A stretch of 64,000 nucleotides of DNA from Pseudolabrys sp. Lineage in GTDB: Bacteria > Pseudomonadota > Alphaproteobacteria > Rhizobiales > Xanthobacteraceae. Location of the stretch: positions 170 to 64,169 of the forward strand of contig DATJYA010000358.1 in NCBI GenBank assembly GCA_035499835.1, given 5' to 3'. The translations under genes and the position numbers were made by a program. The stretch's first letter is position 1; every line of letters begins with the position of its first letter. The notes under the pieces were generated by a model that was given only the letters and a program-made list of their open reading frames with translations, was not told where the DNA came from and did no database searches. Of the stretch, positions 21,646 to 30,894 are shown piece after piece.

Positions 21646-23571
21646 CTAGGCCGCGAGCTCGGCGAGCACATACCGTCGCAACTGATGGCCGAAGCCGGCC
21701 AGCCGGTCGGTCGCGCGCTCGAGCGCACGCGCAAGTTCAAGCGCCGACAGCGCCGCTTTCAATTCGTACTCGCCGCGCAGGACGATAGCAGTGAGCGCGC
21801 GTTCGCCACCGTCGCCCTTGTGCTCGGCTTCGATCAGCCGGCCGACCGCCGCCAGGGCGTCCTCGGAATCGGCGCGCTGTCCGTCCGGCACGTCGCTTGC
21901 AGCGGCTGCGCCGATGGCCGTTGCTTCGGTCCCCATGACAGCCGCGGCGCACAAATCGGCAAGTGGCCCGAGCACGTCCGGCGTCAATTGTGACGGGGTG
22001 AGCGAGGCGATGAAAGCTGCCTGCTCGAGTTCATCGATGGCTTCCTCGACGTGGTTCACCATCTGCTCCATCACCGGCGCGGCGCCAAAGCGCGCAATCT
22101 CGGCGCGGGCTTCGACCGCGATGCGGTCGGCTTTCTCCTCGATGCGACGCGCGTGCGCCGCCAAGGCGTCACGGTCGAATGGCCGCTGTGCCTGCTGCTC
22201 GGCGATAAATTGCGCGATGCCGGTGGCGATCTCGCGCGCCAGACCGGCCTGGCGCACGACGATATTCAGCAACAGGCCGTCGACCCGTTGCAGGTGCCGC
22301 ATCAGGTCGGCCTCGATGCGGTCGCGGGCGAGACGCACCGAACCGCCTTCGAGCAAGGCCTCGGCCGAGCAACGCAGCACCGTCTTGAGAAAATCGACCG
22401 CCGCGCTGCGGCCGAGCACGCGGTCGAGCCGGTCGCCGAAACCAATGCGCGCCGGCGTCGCGTGCTGCACGGCAGAGGCGACGAGTTCGCCGCCGCCAAG
22501 CTCGAGAAAACCACGATGGCCGAAGCGTTGGCGCGCCGCCCAGTCGAGAATAATGACGGCGTCGCCCTTTGAGACCCAGTTGCGCAAGACCTTGCGCGCC
22601 TTGTTCCAGTCGATCAGGAACACCAGCGCGGCGCCGACGGCTTGCAGTATCCCGTCGCGCGCTTTGGCGTCCTTGGCCGGAGCGCGGCCGGTGACCAGAT
22701 AGAACACGCCGTCGTCGCCGAGCCCCGCTGCGGTCTTGCGGGCGAGCCCGCTCCATTGCACCGGGAAATCGCGGAACAGATTGGTGAAGAACCTGGCGCG
22801 TGCGAGGTGCACATCGGTATAAGTGATGACGACTGCATCGGCTTCGACGGCGATCACGACGACATGCGCGTCGGTCTCGCCGATATCGTTCTGGATGGTG
22901 AGGCGAGCGCCGCTGCGGGTCGCCGTGGTGGCAAGACCTGGATGATCGAATTTGAGCCGACGCGTCGATTCGACGCCGCGCATGAAGGCCCCAACAGCGG
23001 TGCGATCCGCAGGCAGCAGCCCATAAGCGTGGGCGCCGGCGACGACCTCCTCGGCGTGATCCGCCGAGAGCCGGTTCAGGCTCTTGTGCAGATCCATGAT
23101 CAGGCGATGCAGGCCGTCGTCCGGGCCGTCCGCGATCGCAGTGAGCCTTGCGACCTGGGCAAGCTCCATCGTATCCGGGGCGCCGGCGGCGATCCCGTTC
23201 CTGATCGCGGCCAGGCGCTCGAACGCCGCTTCGCCGCTTGCGGCGTCGCCGGCCTTGACCGCCTGCGCCATCGTCTCGACGTCAGACCAGATCGCCTGAG
23301 CCAGTGCGTCAAAACCGGGCGCCGTCAGCCGCTCGCCGGCGAGCCTTGCATCATTGACCAAAGTCTCCATCGCATTGGCGTCGAGGCCGGCGGCGCGGCA
23401 TTCGGCTTCGAGGTCGAATGCGGAGCCCTGCGGGTCGCGCGCATGCCGCGCGGCCGCCTGCAAGACGCTCAGCCGCGCCTTGACCTTGTCATTGGCCGAC
23501 AGCCCTTCGGCGATAAGGGCCGGCAACAAGACCTCGGTCTGTCCAAGCCGCTCTATAATCTGCGATTTCAT
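21646..23571 (-). CDS. Large protein with C-terminal DUF47/PhoU-like phosphate-transport-regulator domain
   Basis: C-terminal helical acidic motifs IEEKADRI, EEAIDELEQ, EAEHKGD and LERATD. The N-terminal ~430 aa are unassigned (IQNDIGETDAHV, YTDVH). Confidence 0.7.
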   Translation of the reverse strand: MKSQIIERLGQTEVLLPALIAEGLSANDKVKARLSVLQAAARHARDPQGSAFDLEAECRAAGLDANAMETLVNDARLAGERLTAPGFDALAQAIWSDVETMAQAVKAGDAASGEAAFERLAAIRNGIAAGAPDTMELAQVARLTAIADGPDDGLHRLIMDLHKSLNRLSADHAEEVVAGAHAYGLLPADRTAVGAFMRGVESTRRLKFDHPGLATTATRSGARLTIQNDIGETDAHVVVIAVEADAVVITYTDVHLARARFFTNLFRDFPVQWSGLARKTAAGLGDDGVFYLVTGRAPAKDAKARDGILQAVGAALVFLIDWNKARKVLRNWVSKGDAVIILDWAARQRFGHRGFLELGGGELVASAVQHATPARIGFGDRLDRVLGRSAAVDFLKTVLRCSAEALLEGGSVRLARDRIEADLMRHLQRVDGLLLNIVVRQAGLAREIATGIAQFIAEQQAQRPFDRDALAAHARRIEEKADRIAVEARAEIARFGAAPVMEQMVNHVEEAIDELEQAAFIASLTPSQLTPDVLGPLADLCAAAVMGTEATAIGAAAASDVPDGQRADSEDALAAVGRLIEAEHKGDGGERALTAIVLRGEYELKAALSALELARALERATDRLAGFGHQLRRYVLAELAA

Positions 23572-23624
23572 TTCCGAATGGCCTTTCTCGCCAACGATAA
23601 GGGCACATCCGGATGACGCCAATA

Positions 23625-23638
23625 TTGAGCCAGATCAT
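23625..23638. promoter_or_regulatory. FNR/FixK-like box
   Basis: TTGAGCCAGATCAT is a 7/8 match to TTGA-N6-TCAA, centred about 60 bp upstream of ATG 23571. Confidence 0.45.
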
Positions 23639-23679
23639 TCATCGAATTGTCATATTCGAGCCAAGGCTGGTCGTGAAAT

Positions 23680-26364
23680 CTATGCGGCCGCCAGCGCCTT
23701 CATCGCCCGAACTTGTATCTGATCGCTCGGACTCGGAGCGGTCGCAAAGCCGAGCTCCGCGGCAATGGCGGCAAGCCTCTCCAGGGTCGCGGGATAGAGC
23801 ATGACAGCGTGGCGGATGCCTTGCGCAGCCATCACCAAAAGCAATTGCTCGATCAGGCGCGTTGCCAGTCCCTTCTCGCGTAGATCGGAGCGGATGATGA
23901 CCGCGCATTCGGCTTCCTCGAAATCGGGGTCGGCGGTCGAGCGGGCAAGGCCGGCGATGCCATCGCCGTTCCAGGCGACCAGGGTCATCTCGCGGTCGTA
24001 GTCGATCTGGCTCAGGCGCGCGGCGGTCTCATGCGTACGCGGCCGCAGCGGCGCAAAAAACGGGTGCCACAGATCGCGGTCGTCGATCTTGTCGGCAAAG
24101 CGGCGCAGCGCCGGCTCGTCCTCCGGCCGGATCGGGCGCACAATATACGTCCCGCCCTCGCGGAGCTTGACCGACGTTTCGAAGCGCTGCGGATAGGGCT
24201 GGATCGCCATGCGCGCCTGCGCCGGTTGCGACGTCGCGCGCACGCGAACGCGGCCGTCGACCGCCATGACGCCTTGGGCGTCGCAGAGCAGCGGATTGAT
24301 GTCGAGCTCGGTAACCTCGGCGAGATCGGCAACGATGCGGCTCAATTGCACCAGCACGTTGACCACGCCGTCGATATCGGCCGGCGGGCGGTCGCGGTAG
24401 CCCTTGAGCAAGGCAGCGATGCGGGTGCGCTCGATCTGCGCGCGGGCAAGCGCGGTATTGAGCGGCGGCAGTTCCAGCGATTTGTCGCGGATCACTTCGA
24501 CGGCGGTGCCGCCGTGGCCGAACAAGATGACCGGGCCGAAGGTGGCATCGGTGGTGACACCGGCGATCAGTTCGTAGGCACCCGGCCGGCGGATCATCTC
24601 CTGCACGATGAAGCCTTCGCGCCGCGCCTTGGGCAGGTTGCGCGCAATTTTGTCGTTCATCGCCTTGGCGGCGGCCTCGACCGCGGCGGCGCCGGCGAGA
24701 TCGAGCGCTACGCCGCCGGCGTCAGATTTATGAATAATGTCACGTGAGCGGATCTTCAGCGCTACCGGGCTCTTGATCTCTCCGGCGACAGCAGCGGTCG
24801 CCTTGGCGTCGGAAACGGCCTCGGTGCGCACGAAGGGAATGCCATAGCAGGCAAAAAACGCCGCGACCTCGGCCGGATCGAGCCACTCGCGCTTGTCCGC
24901 AATCGCCTGTTGCACGATGGCGCGGGCGCGCACGATATCGGTTTGCGGGCTGGGCGCGACGGCGGCCGGCGTTTCCAGAAGCAGGTCCTGGCTCTGCCTG
25001 TAGCGCACGAGATACATGAAGGCGCGCACCGCGCGCTCCGGCGTCTCGTAATCCGGGATCTTGGCCGCGACGAGCTGCGCGCGCCCGTCCTGCACGCTGG
25101 CATCGCCCATCCAGCAGGCGAATACATTCTTCTTCGCGGCAGTGGCAGGCTGCGACAGCACGCCGATCAGGCCCCTGGCTGCCTCCGCCGCCGAGCCAAT
25201 GGCGGTCGGGCAATAGGCGACCAGCAGCGCGTCGCTGTCGGGATCATCCATCATCACACCGACCGCATCGGCATAGCGCGCGGCGTCGGCATCGCCGATG
25301 ATGTCGATCGGATTGCCATGGCTCCAGGTTGAGGGCAGTACCTTGTCGAGCCTGGCGATCGTCGCGGGCGACAGCGCCGCCAGGTGGCCGCCCTCCTCGA
25401 TTAGCCGGTCGGTGGCGAGCACGCCGGCGCCGCCGCCATTGGTGACGATGGCGAGGCGATTGCCGCGCTGCGCCGGCGTGCGCGCGAGCGTCGCAGCGGC
25501 ATCGAACAGTTCCTCGACCTCGTTGACCCGCAACATGCCGGCGCGGCGGAAGGCGGCGTCATAGACGACATCGGCACCGGCGAGCGCGCCGGTGTGCGAG
25601 CTCGCGGCATGGGCGCCTTCCGGGGCGCGGCCGCTTTTCACCACGATGACCGGCTTCACCCGCGCCGCGCGCCGCGCCGCCGACATGAATTTGCGCGCCG
25701 CCGTAACCGCCTCGGCATAGATCAGGATGGCGCGGGTTCCCGGATCGAGGGCGAAGTAATCGAGCATGTCGCCGAAATCGACATCGGCCATGTCGCCCAT
25801 GGAGACGATCGCGGAGAAGCCGATGCGGCGCGGCAGCGCCCAATCGAGCACCGTGGTCGCCATGGCGCCCGACTGGGTGAGAAAAGCGATATTGCCGGGC
25901 AGCAAGGGCGCCGGCGCGAAGGTGGCGTTGAGCCCGATCGAGGGCACCGCAACGCCGAGGCAATTCGGCCCGACCACGCGCAGCAGATGCGGGCGCGCGG
26001 CGGCAAGCAGTTCCGCGGCGCGTTCGCGGCCTTTGGCAACGTCGCCTTCGGCAAAGCCGGCCGTGAGCACGACGGCAGCGCGCGTGCCGCGCGCGCCGAG
26101 CTCATCGATAAGGCCCGGGATCGCGTCAGGCGGCGTGGCAATGACGGCAAGGTCCGGCGTCAACGGCACGCTGGCGACATCGGCATAGGCCATGATGCCG
26201 TGCACCGCCTGCGCGTGTGGGTTGACGGGAACGATCGGCCCGGAAAAACCGCCACGCAGGAGATTGGTCATCAGCGCTGCGCCGACGGAATTCGGCTTGT
26301 CGGTCGCGCCGATGACCGCAATCGAGCGCGGGGCAAACATCTTGTCGAGATTGCGAATGGACAT
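23680..26364 (-). CDS. Acetate-CoA ligase-like + GNAT protein (Pat/YfiQ-type lysine acetyltransferase)
   Basis: SIAVIGA, GPNCLG, QSGA, SHTGALAG, NPIDIIGDA, HKSDAGGV, LDINPL, and a C-terminal GNAT (QIDYDREM, EAECAV, REKGLA). Confidence 0.88.
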   Translation of the reverse strand: MSIRNLDKMFAPRSIAVIGATDKPNSVGAALMTNLLRGGFSGPIVPVNPHAQAVHGIMAYADVASVPLTPDLAVIATPPDAIPGLIDELGARGTRAAVVLTAGFAEGDVAKGRERAAELLAAARPHLLRVVGPNCLGVAVPSIGLNATFAPAPLLPGNIAFLTQSGAMATTVLDWALPRRIGFSAIVSMGDMADVDFGDMLDYFALDPGTRAILIYAEAVTAARKFMSAARRAARVKPVIVVKSGRAPEGAHAASSHTGALAGADVVYDAAFRRAGMLRVNEVEELFDAAATLARTPAQRGNRLAIVTNGGGAGVLATDRLIEEGGHLAALSPATIARLDKVLPSTWSHGNPIDIIGDADAARYADAVGVMMDDPDSDALLVAYCPTAIGSAAEAARGLIGVLSQPATAAKKNVFACWMGDASVQDGRAQLVAAKIPDYETPERAVRAFMYLVRYRQSQDLLLETPAAVAPSPQTDIVRARAIVQQAIADKREWLDPAEVAAFFACYGIPFVRTEAVSDAKATAAVAGEIKSPVALKIRSRDIIHKSDAGGVALDLAGAAAVEAAAKAMNDKIARNLPKARREGFIVQEMIRRPGAYELIAGVTTDATFGPVILFGHGGTAVEVIRDKSLELPPLNTALARAQIERTRIAALLKGYRDRPPADIDGVVNVLVQLSRIVADLAEVTELDINPLLCDAQGVMAVDGRVRVRATSQPAQARMAIQPYPQRFETSVKLREGGTYIVRPIRPEDEPALRRFADKIDDRDLWHPFFAPLRPRTHETAARLSQIDYDREMTLVAWNGDGIAGLARSTADPDFEEAECAVIIRSDLREKGLATRLIEQLLLVMAAQGIRHAVMLYPATLERLAAIAAELGFATAPSPSDQIQVRAMKALAAA

Positions 26365-26520
26365 TCGCCGCCGTCCGCGTCAGTACGCCAAATTAGTGAA
26401 CCCAATATGGCGGCGGGCACCTTAGCGGGAGCCCGTAATTGTCCTTATACGATTTTTCCAGCAAATCTGACGGCCGCGGCGGCGCGAGCGAGTCATATTC
26501 AGGACGAAATGTTACGGAAA

Positions 26521-26556
26521 TGGATGGCGGACATGTTTGATTTAGTCCGCCATCCA
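26521..26556. repeat. Perfect 12-bp inverted repeat in AT-richer intergenic DNA
   Basis: TGGATGGCGGAC-ATGTTTGATTTA-GTCCGCCATCCA. Confidence 0.7.
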
Positions 26557-26858
26557 GCATTCGTTGCTCAGGCCGCACAATTCAATGGATGCGCCCTGTT
26601 GCAGTCAGTGCTTGTGCACCCGGACGCGAACATAAAGAAGCGGCCCGCGCCGTGTCGGCCGTGGTCGGCGTGAGAGACGACAGCACGTTCGAAGCCGTCG
26701 CGTACGAGATCACCGTCTGCGCGTCGGCAACGAGGAGGAAGCCCCGTGCAACATCCTTGTTCGCAGCCGCTGTCACGACGCAGACATAGCCGGTCCATCA
26801 CCGCAGCATACGCTGGGAATACTCAAAGTTAACGTGTCTAGCCTCCCGCTCAAACAGT

Positions 26859-27065
26859 TTAGATTCTATGGGCATACTCAATCCAATGGTTTCTCGCCGC
26901 CTCTAATTCTGCCGTAGCAAACATGCCGTGCTCGTCCACCCGCGTGTAATAAAAGCCCCGCTTGAAGAACGTGTTTCTCGCAAGATCGACCGTCCCGGCG
27001 TCGACACAGGGTAAGAAGTGCGCGTCGCCCCGCTCGGACGGATCGAACGTGATGACAGGATACAT
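26859..27065 (-). CDS. Small hypothetical protein or gene remnant
   Basis: 68-aa ORF with protein-like, aromatic-rich composition in an AT-richer patch. No family recognised. Confidence 0.3.
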   Translation of the reverse strand: MYPVITFDPSERGDAHFLPCVDAGTVDLARNTFFKRGFYYTRVDEHGMFATAELEAARNHWIEYAHRI

Positions 27066-27308
27066 GACGCGCTCTCACGGCTTGTGTCGGCTAGCCCCGA
27101 AGGTCCGAACGGCGTCCGGCCCTGCTTTCGGTTTCGCCGCGCAAGGTTACGGCGTGGCATCAGAATATTACGCTTCAAATCCATTTCCCGTCGCTCACTT
27201 TATCTGAAGAGTGTCCGTATTTCAGCAGCCAAGACACCGGCCTGTCATTATGGTTGAACTCCGTGCAGAGGCTCGCTGCAGCTGACGCATGCGGGGTTGG
27301 AAACCGAT

Positions 27309-28433
27309 ATGACACCCGAAGAGATCTTGGCCCTGCTGGTGTCGTTTCCGAGCGTCGCGGGCGAGCCCAATGGCGATATTGCCGCCTGGATACGCGACTA
27401 CGCCGCGGCCAATGGCGCGAGGGTCAGCGCCGTGCCCGGCCCGGAAGGCGACCGCGTCAACCTGCTGATCACAATGGGACCGAAGAACGTGCCCGGCATT
27501 ATCCTGTCGGGGCACATGGACGTCGTGCCGGCCGGCGAAGCCGGCTGGACGTCCGGTCCGTTCACCCTGATGCAGCGTGACGACCGCCTTTACGGCCGCG
27601 GCGCAACCGACATGAAGGGGTTTCTGGCCTGCGCGCTGGCGGCGCTACCGGCTCTTGCGGAGCGCAAGCTCGCGCGTCCGGTCCATCTCGCTTTTAGCTA
27701 TGACGAGGAAGCTGGCTGCCGCGGCGTGCCGCACCTGATCGCCGCCCTGCCCCAGCTCTGCGCCAAACCGGACGGTTGCATCGTCGGCGAGCCATCCGGC
27801 ATGCGCGCCATTCTCGCGCACAAAGGCAAGGCGGCGACGCGGGTTTCGGTGCGCGGCATCTCCGGCCATTCGTCGCGGCCCGATCTCGGTCGCAATGCCA
27901 TCCATGCCATGACGGTGGTGCTCGCCACGGCCGTGCAAACGAGCGAAGCGCTGAAGACCGGGCCGTTCGACACCAGATTCGCGCCGCCTTATTCGACCTT
28001 GCAAGTCGGCACGATCGAGGGCGGCCGGGCCGTCAACATCGTTCCTGATCTCTGCGTCGCCGAACTCGAGGTTCGCGCCGTGACCGGCGTGGCGCCGCAA
28101 GACGCGCTGGCGCCGGTCCGAGCGGCCGTCGACGGCCTCAAGGCCGGCGGCTTCGACGCCGAGTGGCAGATTCTGAGCGCCTATCCGGCGCTATCGCTCG
28201 ACACCGACGCGCCGCTCGCCGGCCTGATGCGCACCATCACCGGCGAAGAGACCATCGATGCCGTGAGCTACGGCACCGAAGCCGGGCTCTATCAGGCCGC
28301 CGGCATCGACGCGATCATTTGCGGGCCGGGCGACATCGCCCGCGCGCACCGCGCCGACGAATATATCCACCGCGACGAACTGGCGGCGTGCAGCCGGATG
28401 ATCGCGCGGCTCGGCGATCATTGCGCGGCGTAA
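27309..28433 (+). CDS. argE: M20 acetylornithine deacetylase-like
   Basis: SGHMDVVP, GRGATDMKGF, YDEEAGC, VGEPS, GTEAG and AHRADE. Confidence 0.85.
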   Translation: MTPEEILALLVSFPSVAGEPNGDIAAWIRDYAAANGARVSAVPGPEGDRVNLLITMGPKNVPGIILSGHMDVVPAGEAGWTSGPFTLMQRDDRLYGRGATDMKGFLACALAALPALAERKLARPVHLAFSYDEEAGCRGVPHLIAALPQLCAKPDGCIVGEPSGMRAILAHKGKAATRVSVRGISGHSSRPDLGRNAIHAMTVVLATAVQTSEALKTGPFDTRFAPPYSTLQVGTIEGGRAVNIVPDLCVAELEVRAVTGVAPQDALAPVRAAVDGLKAGGFDAEWQILSAYPALSLDTDAPLAGLMRTITGEETIDAVSYGTEAGLYQAAGIDAIICGPGDIARAHRADEYIHRDELAACSRMIARLGDHCAA

Positions 28434-28447
28434 GCAGAGGACAATCC

Positions 28448-29374
28448 GTGACGGCCTTTCTGTTCAACGTCGATCTGAAGCGCGCGCCGGTCTTCGCCGA
28501 AGCCTTCGCCAGGGAACTGCCGCACGTCCGCTTTGTCACCGACAAGACGACGGTCGATCCCGCCACCGTGCGCTACTTCCTGACCTGGCTCGCGCCCGAC
28601 GACCTGACGCGCTATCCCAATCTCGAAGTCGTGTTCTCGATCGGCGCCGGCGTCGACCAGATCGACCTCGATCGCGTGCCGGCGCATCTCAAGCTGGTGC
28701 GTACGGTCGACGACAGCATCGTCCGCATGATGCAGGAATACGCGACGCTTGCGGTCCTCGCTCTGCACCGCGACCTGCCCGACTACATCGCGGCCAAGGC
28801 GAAGGCCGAGTGGAAAGCCCTGCCGGTGCGCCAGGCCGCCGACCGCCGCATCGGCGTACTCGGCCTCGGCTCCCTGGGCCAGGCCGTGATCGAGCGCCTA
28901 TCCGTGTTCGGGTTTCCGATCTCGGGCTGGAGCCGCACGCCAAAGACTATACCTCACGTCACCTGTTTCCACGGCGCCGACCAATTCGACGCCTTCCTCG
29001 CGCAAACCGATCTGCTCATTTGCATGCTGCCGCTGACGCCGCCGACGACGGGCATCCTCAATGCGGCCACCTTCGCCAAACTGCCGCACGGCGCTTCGCT
29101 CGTGCACATGGGACGCGGCGGCCATCTCGATCAAGACGCCCTGCTCAAGTCGCTCGACAGCGGGCAACTGTCGGCCGCCTTCATGGACGTCACCAATCCC
29201 GAGCCGCTGCCGGTCGATCATCCAATCTGGCGGCACCCCAAGATCGTCCTCACGCCGCACATCGCCAGCATCACGCCGTCGGACCGCGCCGCGCGCGCCG
29301 TCATCGACAATATCAAGAGGCACGAGGGCGGCAGCGAGATGATCGGACTGGTCGACCGCTCGCTCGGCTACTGA
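28448..29374 (+). CDS. D-2-hydroxyacid dehydrogenase (GhrA-like glyoxylate/hydroxypyruvate reductase)
   Basis: GTG start after AGAGG. GAGVD, GLGSLG, GRGGHL, DVTNPEPL and TPHIAS. Confidence 0.85.
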   Translation: MTAFLFNVDLKRAPVFAEAFARELPHVRFVTDKTTVDPATVRYFLTWLAPDDLTRYPNLEVVFSIGAGVDQIDLDRVPAHLKLVRTVDDSIVRMMQEYATLAVLALHRDLPDYIAAKAKAEWKALPVRQAADRRIGVLGLGSLGQAVIERLSVFGFPISGWSRTPKTIPHVTCFHGADQFDAFLAQTDLLICMLPLTPPTTGILNAATFAKLPHGASLVHMGRGGHLDQDALLKSLDSGQLSAAFMDVTNPEPLPVDHPIWRHPKIVLTPHIASITPSDRAARAVIDNIKRHEGGSEMIGLVDRSLGY

Positions 29375-29414
29375 TCGCGACAACCCTTCATTCGGCGCTC
29401 AAGGAGAGCCAGCC

Positions 29415-30866
29415 ATGCAGCTCAAAGACACCGACCTTCTCAAGACGCAGATGCTGATCGGCGGCGTCTGGCGGCATGCCGCCTCGGGCGCGACGCTCGA
29501 CGTCATCGATCCGGCGACCCAGGCGCCGGTCGGCACGGTGCCGAATGCCGGCGCCGCCGGTACGCGCGCCGCCATCGACGCCGCGGCCGCCGCCTATCCG
29601 GCCTGGAAGGCGAAGCCGAATGCGGAGCGTGCCAAGCTTATCGAAGCCTGGCACGATCTCATGCTTAAGCATCTGGACGACCTCGCGCTGATCCTCACCA
29701 GTGAACAAGGCAAGCCGCTCGCCGAGGCGCAGGGCGAAATCCGCTACGGCGCCTCCTTCGTCAAATGGTTCGCCGAAGAAGCCCGCCGCATCGGCGGCGC
29801 CACCATTCCCGCGCCGACCGCGGACCGCCGCATCCTCGTTCTGAAAGAGCCGGTCGGTGTCTGCGGCATCATCACGCCGTGGAATTTCCCGAACGCGATG
29901 ATCACCCGCAAGATCGCGCCGGCGCTCGCCGCCGGATGTACCGTCGTCATCAAGCCGTCGGAGCTGACGCCCTATTCCGCGCTGGCTCTGGGCGTGCTCG
30001 CCGGACGTGCCGGCATTCCCGCCGGCGTCATCAACATCGTCACCGGCCTGCCGGCCGAGATCGGCCAGGAACTGATGACGAGCCAGACCGTGCGCAAGCT
30101 GTCCTTCACCGGATCGACGCGCGTCGGCGCGCTGCTGATGCGCGGCGCCGCCGACACCATCAAGAAGCTCAGCCTCGAACTTGGCGGCAACGCGCCGTTC
30201 ATCGTGTTCGACGACGCCAATCTCGACCTCGCCGTCGAAGGCGTCATCGCTTCGAAATTCCGCAACGGCGGTCAAACCTGCGTCTGCGCCAACCGCATTC
30301 TGGTCCAAGACGGCGTCTACGACGAATTCGCCTCGCGCCTGTCGCAGCGCGTCTCGGGCATGAAGGTCGGCCCTGGCACCGAGCCGGGCGTCGATATCGG
30401 ACCGATGATCAACGCCACCGCGATCGAGAAGATCGAACGCCACATCGACGACGCACTGTCGAAAGGCGCACGCATGTTGTCGCGCCGCGCCGACGCGCCG
30501 GGCCGGCATTACGCGCCGCCCGCCGTTCTCGGCGGCGCCACGACCGAGATGCAACTCGCCAATGAAGAAACCTTCGGCCCGGTCGCGCCGCTGTTCCGCT
30601 TCGAAACGGAAGACGAAGCGCTGGCGATCGCCAACGGCACGCCTTACGGCCTCGCGTCTTATTTCTACACTGAGAACCTCAAGCGCTCATGGCGCGTCGC
30701 CGAGGCGCTGGAGTTCGGCATGGTGGGGCTGAACACCGGCTCGGTGTCGATGGAAGTCGCGCCGTTCGGCGGCATCAAGCAGTCCGGCATCGGCCGCGAG
30801 GGCGCGCAAATAGGTATCGAGGAATATCTCGAGATGAAGAGCTTCCACGTCGGCGGTCTCGGCTGA
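29415..30866 (+). CDS. gabD: NAD(P)-dependent succinate-semialdehyde dehydrogenase
   Basis: ITPWNFP, SFTGST, LELGGNAP, FRNGGQTCVC, EETFGP and PFGGIKQSG. Confidence 0.88.
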   Translation: MQLKDTDLLKTQMLIGGVWRHAASGATLDVIDPATQAPVGTVPNAGAAGTRAAIDAAAAAYPAWKAKPNAERAKLIEAWHDLMLKHLDDLALILTSEQGKPLAEAQGEIRYGASFVKWFAEEARRIGGATIPAPTADRRILVLKEPVGVCGIITPWNFPNAMITRKIAPALAAGCTVVIKPSELTPYSALALGVLAGRAGIPAGVINIVTGLPAEIGQELMTSQTVRKLSFTGSTRVGALLMRGAADTIKKLSLELGGNAPFIVFDDANLDLAVEGVIASKFRNGGQTCVCANRILVQDGVYDEFASRLSQRVSGMKVGPGTEPGVDIGPMINATAIEKIERHIDDALSKGARMLSRRADAPGRHYAPPAVLGGATTEMQLANEETFGPVAPLFRFETEDEALAIANGTPYGLASYFYTENLKRSWRVAEALEFGMVGLNTGSVSMEVAPFGGIKQSGIGREGAQIGIEEYLEMKSFHVGGLG

Positions 30867-30894
30867 AGGCGTCGCCGGCCGCTTTGGTCCGCGC

